Below, piece after piece: positions 51,461 to 64,000 of a DNA stretch of 64,000 bases. The stretch is taken from NCBI GenBank assembly GCA_051294375.1, contig CM119268.1, positions 4,983,878-5,047,877 on the forward strand. Direction: 5' to 3'. The position numbers and the translations under genes were made by a program. Within the stretch, counting starts at the first letter, position 1; each line of letters begins with the position of its first letter. Under the pieces are notes generated by a model that saw only the letters and a list, made by a program, of their open reading frames with translations, was not told the DNA's origin and did not search any database. Source of the stretch: Paraspadella gotoi (lineage: Eukaryota > Animalia > Chaetognatha).

Positions 51461-54400
51461 TTTCGTTTGGTTTCTGCGTAGAACTATTTACTGTCATTCG
51501 TTTTCCTTTGTATTTTCTTAAGAAAAACGGCGTTCATTCAAATTCAACTTTTAAAAAGGCTAAAAATGAGTATCCAAATTCAGAACAAGCATGAGCTTCC
51601 TGGCCGCATCCGAAAATGTATTCACAATTAGCATTTTGCATGCCATTCTAAACCCCATTTTACTTATCGTTTTTAATCTATAATATAAAATCAAAAACTA
51701 AACCTATCTCGAGAGTTTGCAGGTCAAACGAAAAGCAACTCCATCTGATATTTCTTATGCAATTTTATTTACTGAATTAGATAAAATGCTCAATAGAGAG
51801 GGACATCTCTTTAACATTTCAACTCTTATCCTTTGAAAATGAAACCGTTCTTTAAAACTTTAACCCCTGCCAATTCTTTCTAAACTGGAACCGCGGTTAT
51901 CAAAATGTCTCTCTAATTACATTTATTACAAATGCTTTTTTAAGATTGCTAATTCAACATTTTTATTCATATTACTTGCAGTCGTTTAGGCTGGCAACTC
52001 TTCAACAATTTCAGTTGTAGTATTCATGCTGTAGCTTGGCACATTCTTTACCATCTATTTAACTGAAGATTTGTTCATGGATGAAAACCAACAGCGCAAG
52101 GTAACGAGATTAATTGCTTAATTTTCCCCTCTAAATCATATCCCATACCGAAATGTCTTTAACTTCTTACGTAGAATTTTTTTAACAACACCAGCATTGA
52201 AAACAAATCTTTTAGAAAAATGTCGCTTACCCATTTACCTACACCAATTTTGTTATTTACCATTTAGAGACAAAAAAAAATTATTGAAAACGGAATGATT
52301 TACATATAAATAAAAACTTATTTTTTTGTTGAATTACTTGATGACTCATTAATGTATTTCTTCGATATATCTAGCTCCTAACCACATCCACATCGATTAC
52401 GTATTTGTTATGCTGAATCGACCTCCTCTAAAGAAAACATCTCAACCTCACGAACGATAGCAGACGATTGAAATTGTATTAGAGGAAAAGCATGACATAA
52501 ATAAACTCAATTTCTGAACTATTTAAGTTTGAAACGGAGCGTATTTGCGAAAAATATGGCATAGTTTAAAAATCAAAAACTATTTTGGCTCTAAAGTTAA
52601 AACTACTCAAATTCTAGTCTCGTTCATGTCCTTAAACGACCAAAACGCGCGCGCGGTAAATTGGACCAACTTAGCCTTTTTACAGAGGAAGCTCCGAATA
52701 AAATTAAGCCGATTTCACCGTCATCGTCTCTCCTCTCTCACTGTCTCTCTCTCTCTCTCTCTCCCCCTCTCTCTCTCTTCCCCCCTCCCTTCCTCTCTCG
52801 TTTCCTTGTCGGCCTTTCTTCAGCACCGCAGTCCAAACCATAAGCAAGTTTTGGCAAATAATCAAAAGTTTTGTTCGAAAATTTATTTTTTGTAATAAAA
52901 TCTCCATTATTAATTTCTTTCTCATCCGAAACTTTTACAAAGGTCAACTATTTACAAGATTAACTATTTCTCGGGCGTGGGATGGACATTAGGGTATAAA
53001 AAATCCTCAATTGCAATAGTTTTTATGACGAATTGCCTCTTGTCAAACAGATTGGTAAACGCCTTGCAGCCGTCCCAGCCTTTGTCGCCATATGGCTCAG
53101 GTTAACTGTTGTCCGTTCGCTTACAATTCGTCTTCTCAGAAAAATATATATTTTGTATAACGCGCGAACATCACCAAGAGCAATTGAAACTATACAGCCC
53201 TCTGATTCGGTCCGAAGGCGGGGAAAAAAAAAAAAAAAAAATAACCCAGACTGGAACACGACCCAATAGTCCTCTGGCGGGAATGGGGACTTCCATTCTG
53301 GCCAGCGCAAACATTCCTGCCCACGATTTTTTTTAACATATTAAGAAGAATGACAGCGTTCAATGATTTTTTTAAACTTAAAAAAAAAATGTGATTTTTC
53401 CTTCTTGTTTTGTCACCACTTCAAAAGGTTTAAAAAAACTTGAATTCTCTGTTTACAAAAAAAAGAACTTTCAAGCATGAGAACTTATCGATAAAACAGA
53501 CACATAGACGTATTCCATTATATTCTCAATATTTCCTCGTTCTTTTAGACAATGAAACTCTCTCGTCAAAATCAGCAAACAAGATGACTATCTCCATAGA
53601 GAGAGCTCGAGAGTCTCAGCAAGTATCATATAGTTAGTGCACTTCCGGCTCTCAAAGGCTCCGCCGACTTCTCGCTCTGCTTTTTCCTCTGTCCCATATA
53701 GGTGAATAACTGAGTCGTGCAATAATTATATTGCGAGCTCGCCGTGATCGACTGTGTCTGAGTGATCAATCTTCTCAACGAGCTCTCACGATTTCCGCGT
53801 CCAGTATTCTTCTTTCTCATTGTCTCTCGACACGTCTATTCGCAAATTGTAGAGAGAATCCACTTTATACGTATTTTTGTTAATATATACTTAATCTCTC
53901 TCCAATCATTGAGATACTCCGATCGCGAGGCTGTATCTCTCCGGCACTACAGCTAGAGAGTCGTTGTCCATCGCTCCAAGTCTATTTTTTATCGTAGATA
54001 CTCTCCCAGTGCGGTTTACAATATAACTTCCATATTGATGCTGGAACCATGGCCAATCTCTTCTTCGAGTCTCGCTAATTCGCACTGTAGTCATAGTGCA
54101 CAAGATTCTCTCATAGACACCTCTCGCCTATCATGTCCACAAGGTCCAACAATGCAAGTATCTCTCTTCACATACGCCTGCCCGATTGCTCAGGCTCCAA
54201 GGTCGATCCTACTCTGTACTTCCTCGACTCTCATGCGTGCTCATCCCCCCGCGTGACTGTGCGTCACTTCTCTCCTCTCATGCTCCTCAGTCTTACCTAA
54301 TTTTTTATCGCGTAAGGATTTCATACATTCACTCCTTAAATTCATCAATGTTCTTCTTCTCTTTTCCGTCCCGTCTCTCACGTGCGCATCTCTCCTCCTC

Positions 54401-56696
54401 GACTCTTCTTCCCTTCTGTAAGCCGTCCGCAGGCCGCGGCTGGTCGAGCCGCGACAACCTGTGCGCGAGAGGTGGGAGCTCGCGAGCTCCCCCTCTCGTG
54501 CATGCTGCACAGTAAACTCACACTCTCCTGACTCTCCCTCTCCCTTCCGATCTCGCATATAGAGACGCACGACTGCATCGAGACACGTGTCAGGTCCTCC
54601 ATTCTGCGCTCTCTACTCTGCTCTCTATGATCTAAACCAATTTCTCGTCCTGTATAATTGGCGTGCGTGCTCTCTACGTCTCTCGCTCTTATCTCTCGAT
54701 ACTTTTTTCCATCACTCCTATTTTTCACAAATCTGCGAGATGTTGCAGATCTGAACATATAATATCCTCCTACATTCTTCTTCTCTCCCTGCCAGAAATA
54801 TATATTTCTAGAACATACAGATTTCCTTTAACACTCAGAAGTAATAACAGGCTCAGTAAAAAACCTTTCGCCTCATGGTACAGCTCATCTGCCTATGCGA
54901 TACCTCGTACGCACACATCGTGCTCAATAGGACCATCGCTATATTAAGAGCTTCTTCTGTCTATACGAGATCAATCGCTCTCTGCACCTCGCCGATCACC
55001 ATTTACACTCGATTTCTACCTCTCGCCCACTCATCGTCATCTCGCATCGTTAATGGCATCTCCTCTCTCCTCACTTTTCCTTGTACATGATGCTCTTTCG
55101 TGACCTTCCACTCTGATGACATCGGACACTGGCACCACCTTCGCGCACTCTCGCTATGGTACTGACCTTTACTAACAGCCCACTCTTCCAATTAATCCTT
55201 CCCTACATGTTCTTCACACCATACTTTCACCCTCTTTAATCTCTTTACGACCTGTGTGCTTCAAGCATGCGCAGTCCTAACAAGTGTTCCAAACATCAAC
55301 ATATACATCAGCTCGCGTCAAAAGATACGACAGAGTACATCTCGTATACCATAGACAGTCGTGGTGCTAGGAGNNNNNNNNNNNNNNNNNNNNNNNNNTT
55401 TTCTTTTCTTTTCTTTTCTTTTCTTTTCTTTTCTTAGTCTTTTTTATCTTTTTCTTTTTCTTTTCGTTTGGTTCTGGTAGAATATTTATGTCATTCGTTT
55501 TCTTTGTTTTTTTAAAGAAAGATCTCAACCTCACGAACGATAGAGACGATGGAAATGATGAGAAAGATGACATAAATAATCAATTCTGAAATTTAAGTTG
55601 AAACGGAGCGTATTTGGAAAATATGGCCAAGTTTTTAAAATAAAATATTTTTTGGCTCTAAAGTTAAAATCTAATTTTAGTCTCGTTCATGTTTAAAAGA
55701 CAAACGGGTAAATTGGACCAACTTAGCTTTTTACAGAGAAGCTCCGAATAAGAATTAAGGATTCACCGTCATCGTCTCTCTCTCTCTGTCTCTCTCTCTC
55801 TCTCTCTCCCCTCTCTCTCTCTCCCCCTCTTCCTCTCTCGTTTCCTGTCGGCTTTCTTGAGCACGAGTCCAAATAAGCAAGTTTGCAAATATCAAAAGTT
55901 TGTTCGAAAATTTTATTTTTTTTAATAAATCTCCATATTAATTTTTTTCTATCCGGAAACTTTTCAAAGGTTAAAGTGAGAATCAAGATTAACTATTTTG
56001 GGGGGGGATGAATTAGTAATAATAAACTCAATTGCAATAGTTTATGACGATGCTTTTGTCAAAACAGATTGGTAACGCCTTGCAGGTCCCAGCTTTGTTC
56101 GCAATGGTGAGGTTAACTGTTGTCGTTCGCTACAATTCGTCTCGAAAAAGTATATTTTGTATAACGGAAATCACCAAGAATGAAATTAAGCCCTCTGATT
56201 GGTCGAAACCCAGATGGAACCGACCAATAGGCGGATGGGGCTTCCATCTGCAGGAAAATTCTGCCCACGATTTTTTTAAATATAAGAAGAATGACAGGTC
56301 AATGATTTTTTTAAACTTAAAAAAAAATGTGATTTTTCCTTCTTGTTTTGTACCACTCAAGTTTAAAAAAAATTATTTTTAAACAAATTAACTGATTATG
56401 ATAAAAAAAATTTTATTAATTTATTTTTTTTGAATAATTTAAAAAATATTCTCATGGAACATCTGGAATTCATAGTTATATTGTGGCGCGTTTTTTTTTT
56501 TCCATGAGTGTATTTTCGTCGCTTCATTTATACCTTTCAGGCTTCCTTTCTCCTATTTTTTTCCTCATCGCAATTTTTAAAGACTTTTTTATATTTTTTT
56601 AAAAACTTTCTCAGTCCAAGATTTTTCCTGATCGTTCCATCTCCTCTCTTTAATCTTTTTTTATCTTTGCATTCTTTTTATTTTCCCCACGCTCTG

Positions 56697-56729
<33 letters not shown>

Positions 56730-57616
56730 NNNNNNNNNNNNNNNNNNNNNNNNNNNNNNNNNNNNNNNNNNNNNNNNNNNNNNNNNNNNNNNNNNNNNNN
56801 NNNNNNNNNNNNNNNNNNNNNNNNNNNNNNNNNNNNNNNNNNNNNNNNNNNNNNNNNNNNNNNNNNNNNNNNNNNNNNNNNNNNNNNNNNNNNNNNNNNN
56901 NNNNNNNNNNNNNNNNNNNNNNNNNNNNNNNNNNNNNNNNNNNNNNNNNNNNNNNNNNNNNNNNNNNNNNNNNNNNNNNNNNNNNNNNNNNNNNNNNNNN
57001 NNNNNNNNNNNNNNNNNNNNNNNNNNNNNNNNNNNNNNNNNNNNNNNNNNNNNNNNNNNNNNNNNNNNNNNNNNNNNNNNNNNNNNNNNNNNNNNNNNNN
57101 NNNNNNNNNNNNNNNNNNNNNNNNNNNNNNNNNNNNNNNNNNNNNNNNNNNNNNNNNNNNNNNNNNNNNNNNNNNNNNNNNNNNNNNNNNNNNNNNNNNN
57201 NNNNNNNNNNNNNNNNNNNNNNNNNNNNNNNNNNNNNNNNNNNNNNNNNNNNNNNNNNNNNNNNNNNNNNNNNNNNNNNNNNNNNNNNNAAAAAAATGAC
57301 ATTTGTAGGAAAATGAGAATTTTTTTTTCGGCCGAAAAGCTTCTGCTACTTTTTAGACCTCGAAAAAGGGTATAACAATTTTATTTGTTCTACTTAAAAA
57401 TAATCTTATAAATAATTAAAAATTATTTAAAAAAACCCATTAAAGCTGAAAAATTATAACCCCACTTTCTTGATAAAAAATCTAAGTTCTCTGGGAGTTG
57501 ATAGACTGTGAAAGATACGTGATTGAAAGTTTGGTGTGTCCTGCTATGTAAGAGTATGTACTTTAGTATGCTATGTTTCTTGTAAGAGGTAGAGAGTTTT
57601 TAAAATCGAAAGACTC

Positions 57617-57808
57617 GAGATATATGAGGCCAAATAAGTTCTCCCGTTTTCGAGATATATGAGGCCAATATGAGGCCAAATAAGATCCCCCTTTTTCTAG
57701 ATATATGAGGCCAAATATGAGGCCAAATAAGATCCCCGTTTTTAGATATATGAGGCCAAATATGAGGCCAAACCAGAACCCCCGTTTTATAGCTACATAT
57801 GAGGCCAA
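57617..57808. repeat. Short tandem repeat built on ATATGAGGCCAAAT
   Basis: About 8 TATGAGGCCAA cores in units of up to about 47 bp. Confidence 0.85.
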
Positions 57809-58802
57809 AAAGTCGACAAATTTTGCTCAGAGAGAACCTTTAAGAAAATCCGTTGGCGAAACGACGCATACAAAAAGGATCGTGGTTGTGTTTTATGTCC
57901 TGAGTGTGACAGAGTCTTTATCATTGAAATGGGTTCTTATGTCAGAAAGAGATATTTAGCCCGATCTGCTGATTGCAGATTCCGGCTCTATGATTCACTT
58001 TATCGGGCCGTCGGTCCATCCCGGCAATCTTGCGGAATGGTGCCGCATAACATCATCGTAGAACATCGAATTATGATAAATTTTCCAAAAAAGAACGATG
58101 TCCGTCAGTCCGTTTACATTTGATATAAAACGAATTAATTAATTAATTAATAATCTGTTCAGCTGCCTACTGTTAATCCCGGAGCAGATCAGGACTTCCG
58201 GCATTGTTTGCTAAAACTTGTTTTTTTCTTTTTAAATCCAAGATTATAAATAAACTAACAACAGTTTAAACAATAAAAAAAAAGCAAACTAAGGGAAAAA
58301 ACCGGGCGACGAATTTCTGTTGCATCAAAGTTTTTGCAAGAAGCGATTAATTCTCGGCACAGGATTAATCCAGGGGGGGACTCGTTTAAGGGAAAGGCTC
58401 TGGGCAGAATGAGTAGCTATGTGGGGAATACTAGTTATGTGGGGAGTAGCTTGGAATTTCCAAATAAAAATCTGTTTTATGTATTGTGATGCGAAACATT
58501 ATTTTTTTTCCCGAGGTTAAAATACTCATAGTTTTGTACAACGAAAGTGTAAAAAAATTTCCATTATTATTAAAATTGCAAAATAGCTTTGAATAATGAT
58601 AAAGTATAAGCAATAACTGGATTTAATAAAGCTCAGTTACATTCACTAGCGCAGCAAAAATAGGACGTGAACAAAACCTTGAATAAAAAATCAGAAGATT
58701 AAAAATGAATAAATCTTTTTGAAAAGAAAAAAAATGTAAAAAAAAGAAAGAAAGGAAGGCGACGAAGAAAATCCTTGGAGGGATTTGCATCTTTGGAATA
58801 TC

Positions 58803-58895
<93 letters not shown>

Positions 58896-59707
58896 TAAAT
58901 TGATATGTTAACACTGCTTACTGTATGCTAAGATGAAAAAACCGCAATCAACTAACAGAATTATAAATTGTAAATGTAAATTGTGAATGTAAGACTACAA
59001 AAATGTGAAAGAGAAAGTGAAAAAGGAAAGAAATTAAAAGAAAGAAAAACGATAGAAATATAACAATTAATCTTCTTGCTTGCCATGTCTTGCCATGTCT
59101 TTTTCCTCTTTCATACTCGAGGACCCCAAATTGAATGATAGAAAATTTTTCATGTCTCTGTGGTGAAAGAGCGCGGCAGCTGCGGCGGGAACTGTTAAGG
59201 CTGCGAATCAGCTGCGGCCGTCGGCCCTACGGCGTCTGACGCTGCCGTCGCTGCCTCAACTTCCTGTTGCTGCTGTTGTTGCGCCGAATTTGGGAAAACA
59301 TTCGAAAAATGTAAAGGAAGAGGATTTGAGTGGCCGCCGGAGACCAGAACGAAATTAATGGAATCAATTTTTTGAATCACCCTCCATTCAAAGTAAAATT
59401 GTATGGAAAATATTTTCATAAAAAACATAAACAAAAATAAGGGTGTTGACTGTCAACTGCGGGCAGAGTGGACTGTGAGAATTAAATTTGCGCTGTTACC
59501 TACTCACTGTGAATTGTTGACAACTTTAAACTGTGAGCTGAGATGTGAGATGTGGCCCGTGAATTGGAGGCTGTGAGCCGTGGGCTGTGAATTTTTGACC
59601 TTGGACTGAAAAGGAACAAAACTTTTTTTCCAAACATTCGACGCATGAAAAAAGTTCAAAGTTGAAATTTGAATCGAAAACGAAAGGAGACTTTAAAAAG
59701 GCGTCGC

Positions 59708-59748
<41 letters not shown>

Positions 59749-59749
59749 A

Positions 59750-59794
<45 letters not shown>

Positions 59795-60248
59795 TGAAGA
59801 TGAAGGTCAACTCATGAGGTCGTGGGGTCGCGAGTCAAGAGAAAAACTTATTTCTTTTCAAAATTTCGTCTAGTAAAAAAAGGTGAAGATATTGTCGCAA
59901 GATTTGCAACTGGAACCGAACCGTATCAGGGAACTAGGGAAGCAGGCAAGCTTTGCGATAAAGGAATCGACGAATTCTCATTGGTTTCCACTAGAACCGG
60001 TGACAACCAATCAGCGATCATACTCAACGAAATTGTAAAATTGACCCTTGTTTTTTATCCGGGTCTGTACATAATAAATATTCATATAATGTACAATGTA
60101 CAATACAATGTACATATAAATAGTCCTCGTTTGTTTAAGTTAGTATTGATCTGGACTCCTTCGTGTGTCTCACCATCGCTTTTTTCTAGAGAAATATAAC
60201 AACATTCAACTTTGTCGGAGAAATCTATGCCTATCTATACCTTCAATG

Positions 60249-60292
60249 TGGTGGCAGCGGTGGAATTCGAACGCGCGCCTCCACAGAGACTA
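60249..60292 (-). pseudogene. 3' half of tRNA-Leu with encoded CCA (retrocopy fragment)
   Basis: The reverse complement TAGTCTCTGTGGAGGCGCGCGTTCGAATTCCACCGCTGCCACCA resembles the eukaryotic tRNA-Leu variable arm, T arm and acceptor strand (CAGTCTCTTCGGAGGCGTGGGTTCGAATCCCACCGCTGCCA, from memory) plus CCA; the 5' half is absent. Confidence 0.75.
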
Positions 60293-60416
60293 GTAATAGC
60301 AGAAATAAGAAAATTTAAAAATAAAAAAAAAAGCATTTTTTTGATATCTGGCATCTTTTGTGAAAGAATAAATGCTGGGTAACTTTTTTAACTTTCAAAG
60401 CTTTTGGTTATATTTA

Positions 60417-60987
60417 TAAAACAGATTGATAGACGGACAGACCGACCTAAAACAGATTGAATAGACGACAGACCGACCTAAAACAGATTAGTAGACGGAA
60501 AGACCGACCTAAAACAGATTGGTAGACGGACAGACCGACCTAAAACAGATTTGTAGACGGACAGACCGACCTTAAAACAGATTGATAGACGGACAGACCG
60601 ACCTAAAACAGATTGGTAGACGGACAGACCGACCGACCTAAAACAGATTGATAGACGGACAGACCAACCTAAAACAGATTGGTAGACGGACAGACCGACC
60701 TAAAACAGATTGGTAGACGGACAGACCGACCTAAAACAGATTTGGTAGACAGACAGACTTGACCTAAAACAGATTGGTAGACGGACAGACCGACCTAAAA
60801 CAGATTGATAGACGGACAGACCGACCTAAAACAGTTGGTAGACGGACAGACCGACCTAAAAACAGAATTGGTAGATTGGACAGACCGACCTAAAACAGAT
60901 TGATAGACGGACAGACCGACCTAAAACAAGATTGGTTAGACGGGACAGACCGACCTAAAACAGATTGGTAGACGGACAGACCGACCA
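60417..60987. repeat. 31-bp minisatellite, about 18 copies
   Basis: Unit TAAAACAGATTGGTAGACGGACAGACCGACC repeated head to tail with no unique spacers. Confidence 0.95.
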
Positions 60988-61117
60988 AAAAGTCTCTCAT
61001 TGAGTCGCGACTTAAGATATCAGGGCAAAGAGGAAAAATCATCTTTTTTATTTGTGTTAATGTGCGATCGATTTGAGGACAGAAGCCAAACAAATCTTAA
61101 TCCCGGAAACGGAAAGG

Positions 61118-61184
<67 letters not shown>

Positions 61185-61192
61185 ATTAAATA

Positions 61193-61271
<79 letters not shown>

Positions 61272-62916
61272 CGAGAGATAAACAGAAAGACAGCTTGAGA
61301 TAGACTGACAAAAAACATCGTAAACGAACGCGAGTGATAATTTTCTCTCTGCTGGAGAAATACAATTCTAACTCAGTTTTCTTTTTCTATGCCAAATTAA
61401 AAAAAACAAAAATTGATGTTTAAAATTCTTTTCACGAGTCCGTCTCTTCGTCTGTTCGTCTAGTTATCTCTCTCTCCCTCTTTTCCATTCTGCCTTATTA
61501 TCTAATCAGTTAAATTTTCCAATTTTTCATAAATTGGGATGTGCTAATTGACCATCCGCATCTATACTTTATCGTTTTCACCTGGGCTTGGAACCAGGCT
61601 TGCCGGGTCGCCCTTTTTTGTAGGATTGTTACCTGGTGGTCATGAGGCGATAGTTTTTACTCAGTGTGCAACACTTCATACTCATCTCGCATACTCTTCG
61701 ACACTGTGAGGGATTATGTGAAAGGTGTGCCACAAAATCCTTCAAGTGAGGGTACTGCTAAGGGTGTTTGACCAATTTGAATGGACATTAGTGCAAACCT
61801 ATTTTTTTAAGGCCATGCCCCGTCATGTTAAATCCAAACAACTTTTGGTAGATGACACACCCTAGCTTGGGTCACGACTGAGGGGACCCACTTCTATTTA
61901 TGGGGTTCAATTTTGGCAGTGGGTAATTGGGCATTGGGCATTGCCTGCTGCAGATTGCGACAGAAATCCCGTCAGTAATCAACAGTTTACGTTTCGACGA
62001 CTAAAAAAGAATAGAGACGACGACGACTCCGACAACAACAACAAGAAGAAGAACAGCTTGGAGGATTCTTTCCCTCTCCCTCGTAAGTTCCCCTCGAGGT
62101 TCCACTTTTGGCTCAGCGCCCCAAATGTCATCAAGGCCACGAAACTTGGGGTCTCTTTGGGATGTCAGGGATGTCGACCGAGGATATGTCATACCAAGAT
62201 GCCATCTCCGTATGCCATCTCCCTATGCCTTCTCTAACTTGCCTTTCGGCATGTACCATAATCGTATGCGGATTCCGAATGCCGTCTCTTACTGGCATTT
62301 CTAAATGCCGTCTTCGTCTTTGTTTCTAGATTGAATATCCAATTATCCAATTATCCATGTTCTATATCCAAATGCCTTTTCCTTGCGCCATATTCAAATG
62401 CCGTATCTTTGTTCTATATCCATTATCCAAATGCCGTATGCCTATTGCTTAAGCCATTTCCAAATGCAGAATTTACTCTTCATTTGGCGTCTGCTAATTT
62501 ACAAGTTACTGTTACAGCAGCATTCGTTTTTGTTTTTCAGATTATATACATTGTGCAATTGTGCATTGTATTTCTCTCTCTCTGTCTCTCTCTCTCGCTC
62601 TTTCTGAAATATTTCTCCCTAATCGATAGATCAACTAATTCATAAATGTATCCATCATTATCTTTATCTCTTTACTTTAGCATCCGAAAATTCTTCGTCT
62701 CGTTTCAGACTTTCCTTTTTTTTACAAACTGCGTCTGTCTATTTTCTTTTTTTCTGTCTCTCTCTCTGTCTCTCTGTTTCCTTTTATAAATATCTCTCTC
62801 TCTATCTGTTTCCCTAGCTTTTTTATTCTTGCTTTTTTAAATCATCCTTCCTCTCTTCCTTCGCCACCAGGTACAAGGTGCAATTTGACTTTTGCCATTT
62901 TTCCTATTTGTTTTCC

Positions 62917-63004
<88 letters not shown>

Positions 63005-63301
63005 CACCCCACCAGAAGCCCAAGGGAGATGCCTCGCCTAAATTTTTTCGTTTACTTTTTTTTTTTTTTTTTTTGTCCAAAATCTTATTTGTTTTTAGGA
63101 TTTTCGCGGTTTTTCTTTCCTTTTATTATTTTCCATTTGTTAATTGTTAGGATACGTTTTTTTGTTTGTTCATTCATTATTTTTATGCTATTTGGCGCTG
63201 AAACTGAGCTTCCGTTATTCCAGATTTCATTCCGTAGTTACGTGTATTCACGACTTGGTAATATTTTTATTTACATAAACCCTTTTTCTTTATTTATCTT
63301 T

Positions 63302-63387
<86 letters not shown>

Positions 63388-64000
63388 TGCATTAAAGAAA
63401 CCCCATTCCATTCTCGCATCATTCCATCACATTTCTCAGCTAAAAAAGACCCGCCCTTAATTTTTCTGATTTTTGTGCAGAAAAAAAAAAACAAAAAAAA
63501 TTCAGAAAGATTAAAATAGTAGGAAGTTTTAAAAAAAGGGAATGGAAACTTTAAAAGTTAAAAATATAAAAACGATTTATAAAAGGCAATTTACATGTAT
63601 CAATCTATCGCATTTCATATAACGAATGATATTCAAAAACAGTTTTTAAATGTTGCTTTTAAATTAAAATCAAATTATTAAAGATTAAACACTGATTAAC
63701 CTTAATTAAATGGATACAACATTTCATTGGCCGAGGAATCGTTGAAAAGAATTAAGCGAGGGCTCGAAGATATTTAAATAAACTTATAATTAGTATGAAA
63801 ACAGAATTAGATTTGTACCGGTGGTAATGTTTTCAAGGAAAGTATATGATTACAAAAATTATATGATTAATTTTACTTAAATAAAAAACGAGTCGTTTTT
63901 CATTAAAATGTAAAAAATCGTGAGCAGCGGTCATAGGTGCGGCAGGCTGATCCACGTAATCCTAATGTATTAATTAATTCATAACAATCATTCTGTCTCT

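Larger units (their letters stand above)
42824..57289. other. Region containing eight assembly gaps
   Basis: N runs at 42824-43635, 44417-44968, 46622-46818, 47175-47416, 48743-48896, 49138-49194, 55374-55398 and 56730-57289, mostly next to microsatellites. Confidence 0.99.

Noticed and set aside
53250-53336. Terminal exon TGTRPNSPLAG... of the chitin-binding gene
   Set aside because: The phase does not match exon 50330-50354, the acceptor is poor and it sits in the suspect duplicated region
42756-57302. Long ORFs containing X runs
   Set aside because: They come from reading through N gaps
60417-60987. CRISPR-like array (31-bp units)
   Set aside because: Units are head to tail with no unique spacers, there are no cas genes and the context is eukaryotic, so this is a minisatellite
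61680-61895. LINE reverse-transcriptase remnant on the minus strand (GVPQG-like and YADD-like words)
   Set aside because: The motifs are imperfect, interrupted by stops and spaced about twice too far apart

Overview
Eukaryotic (animal, most likely invertebrate) genomic DNA: AT-rich, saturated with microsatellites, with 8 N gaps after position 42.8 kb. There are no prokaryotic features. Positions 1-24106 (+) hold a 5'-truncated, intron-rich SIPA1-like (SPAR) Rap GTPase-activating protein gene. I assembled 34 phase-consistent exons by hand (about 1998 aa), covering the RapGAP domain with its catalytic Asn, a PDZ domain and the SPAR_C coiled-coil C-terminus. The gene needs one GC-AG intron, and there are candidate alternative exons: two cassettes, an 18-nt microexon and an internal ATG-bearing first exon that would give a GAP-less isoform. 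Positions 44983-50354 (+) hold exons of a partial gene encoding a Cys-enriched chitin-binding (CBM14/peritrophin-A) domain followed by GTGTRQVPS repeats. The remainder is repeats: a tRNA-derived SINE, a CCA-tailed tRNA-Leu 3' fragment, three dispersed repeat families, minisatellites and a 33-bp-arm hairpin. The region at 53.4-56.4 kb looks like an assembly artefact. I found no clearly new biological system; the best leads are isoform architecture and the odd chitin-binding protein.
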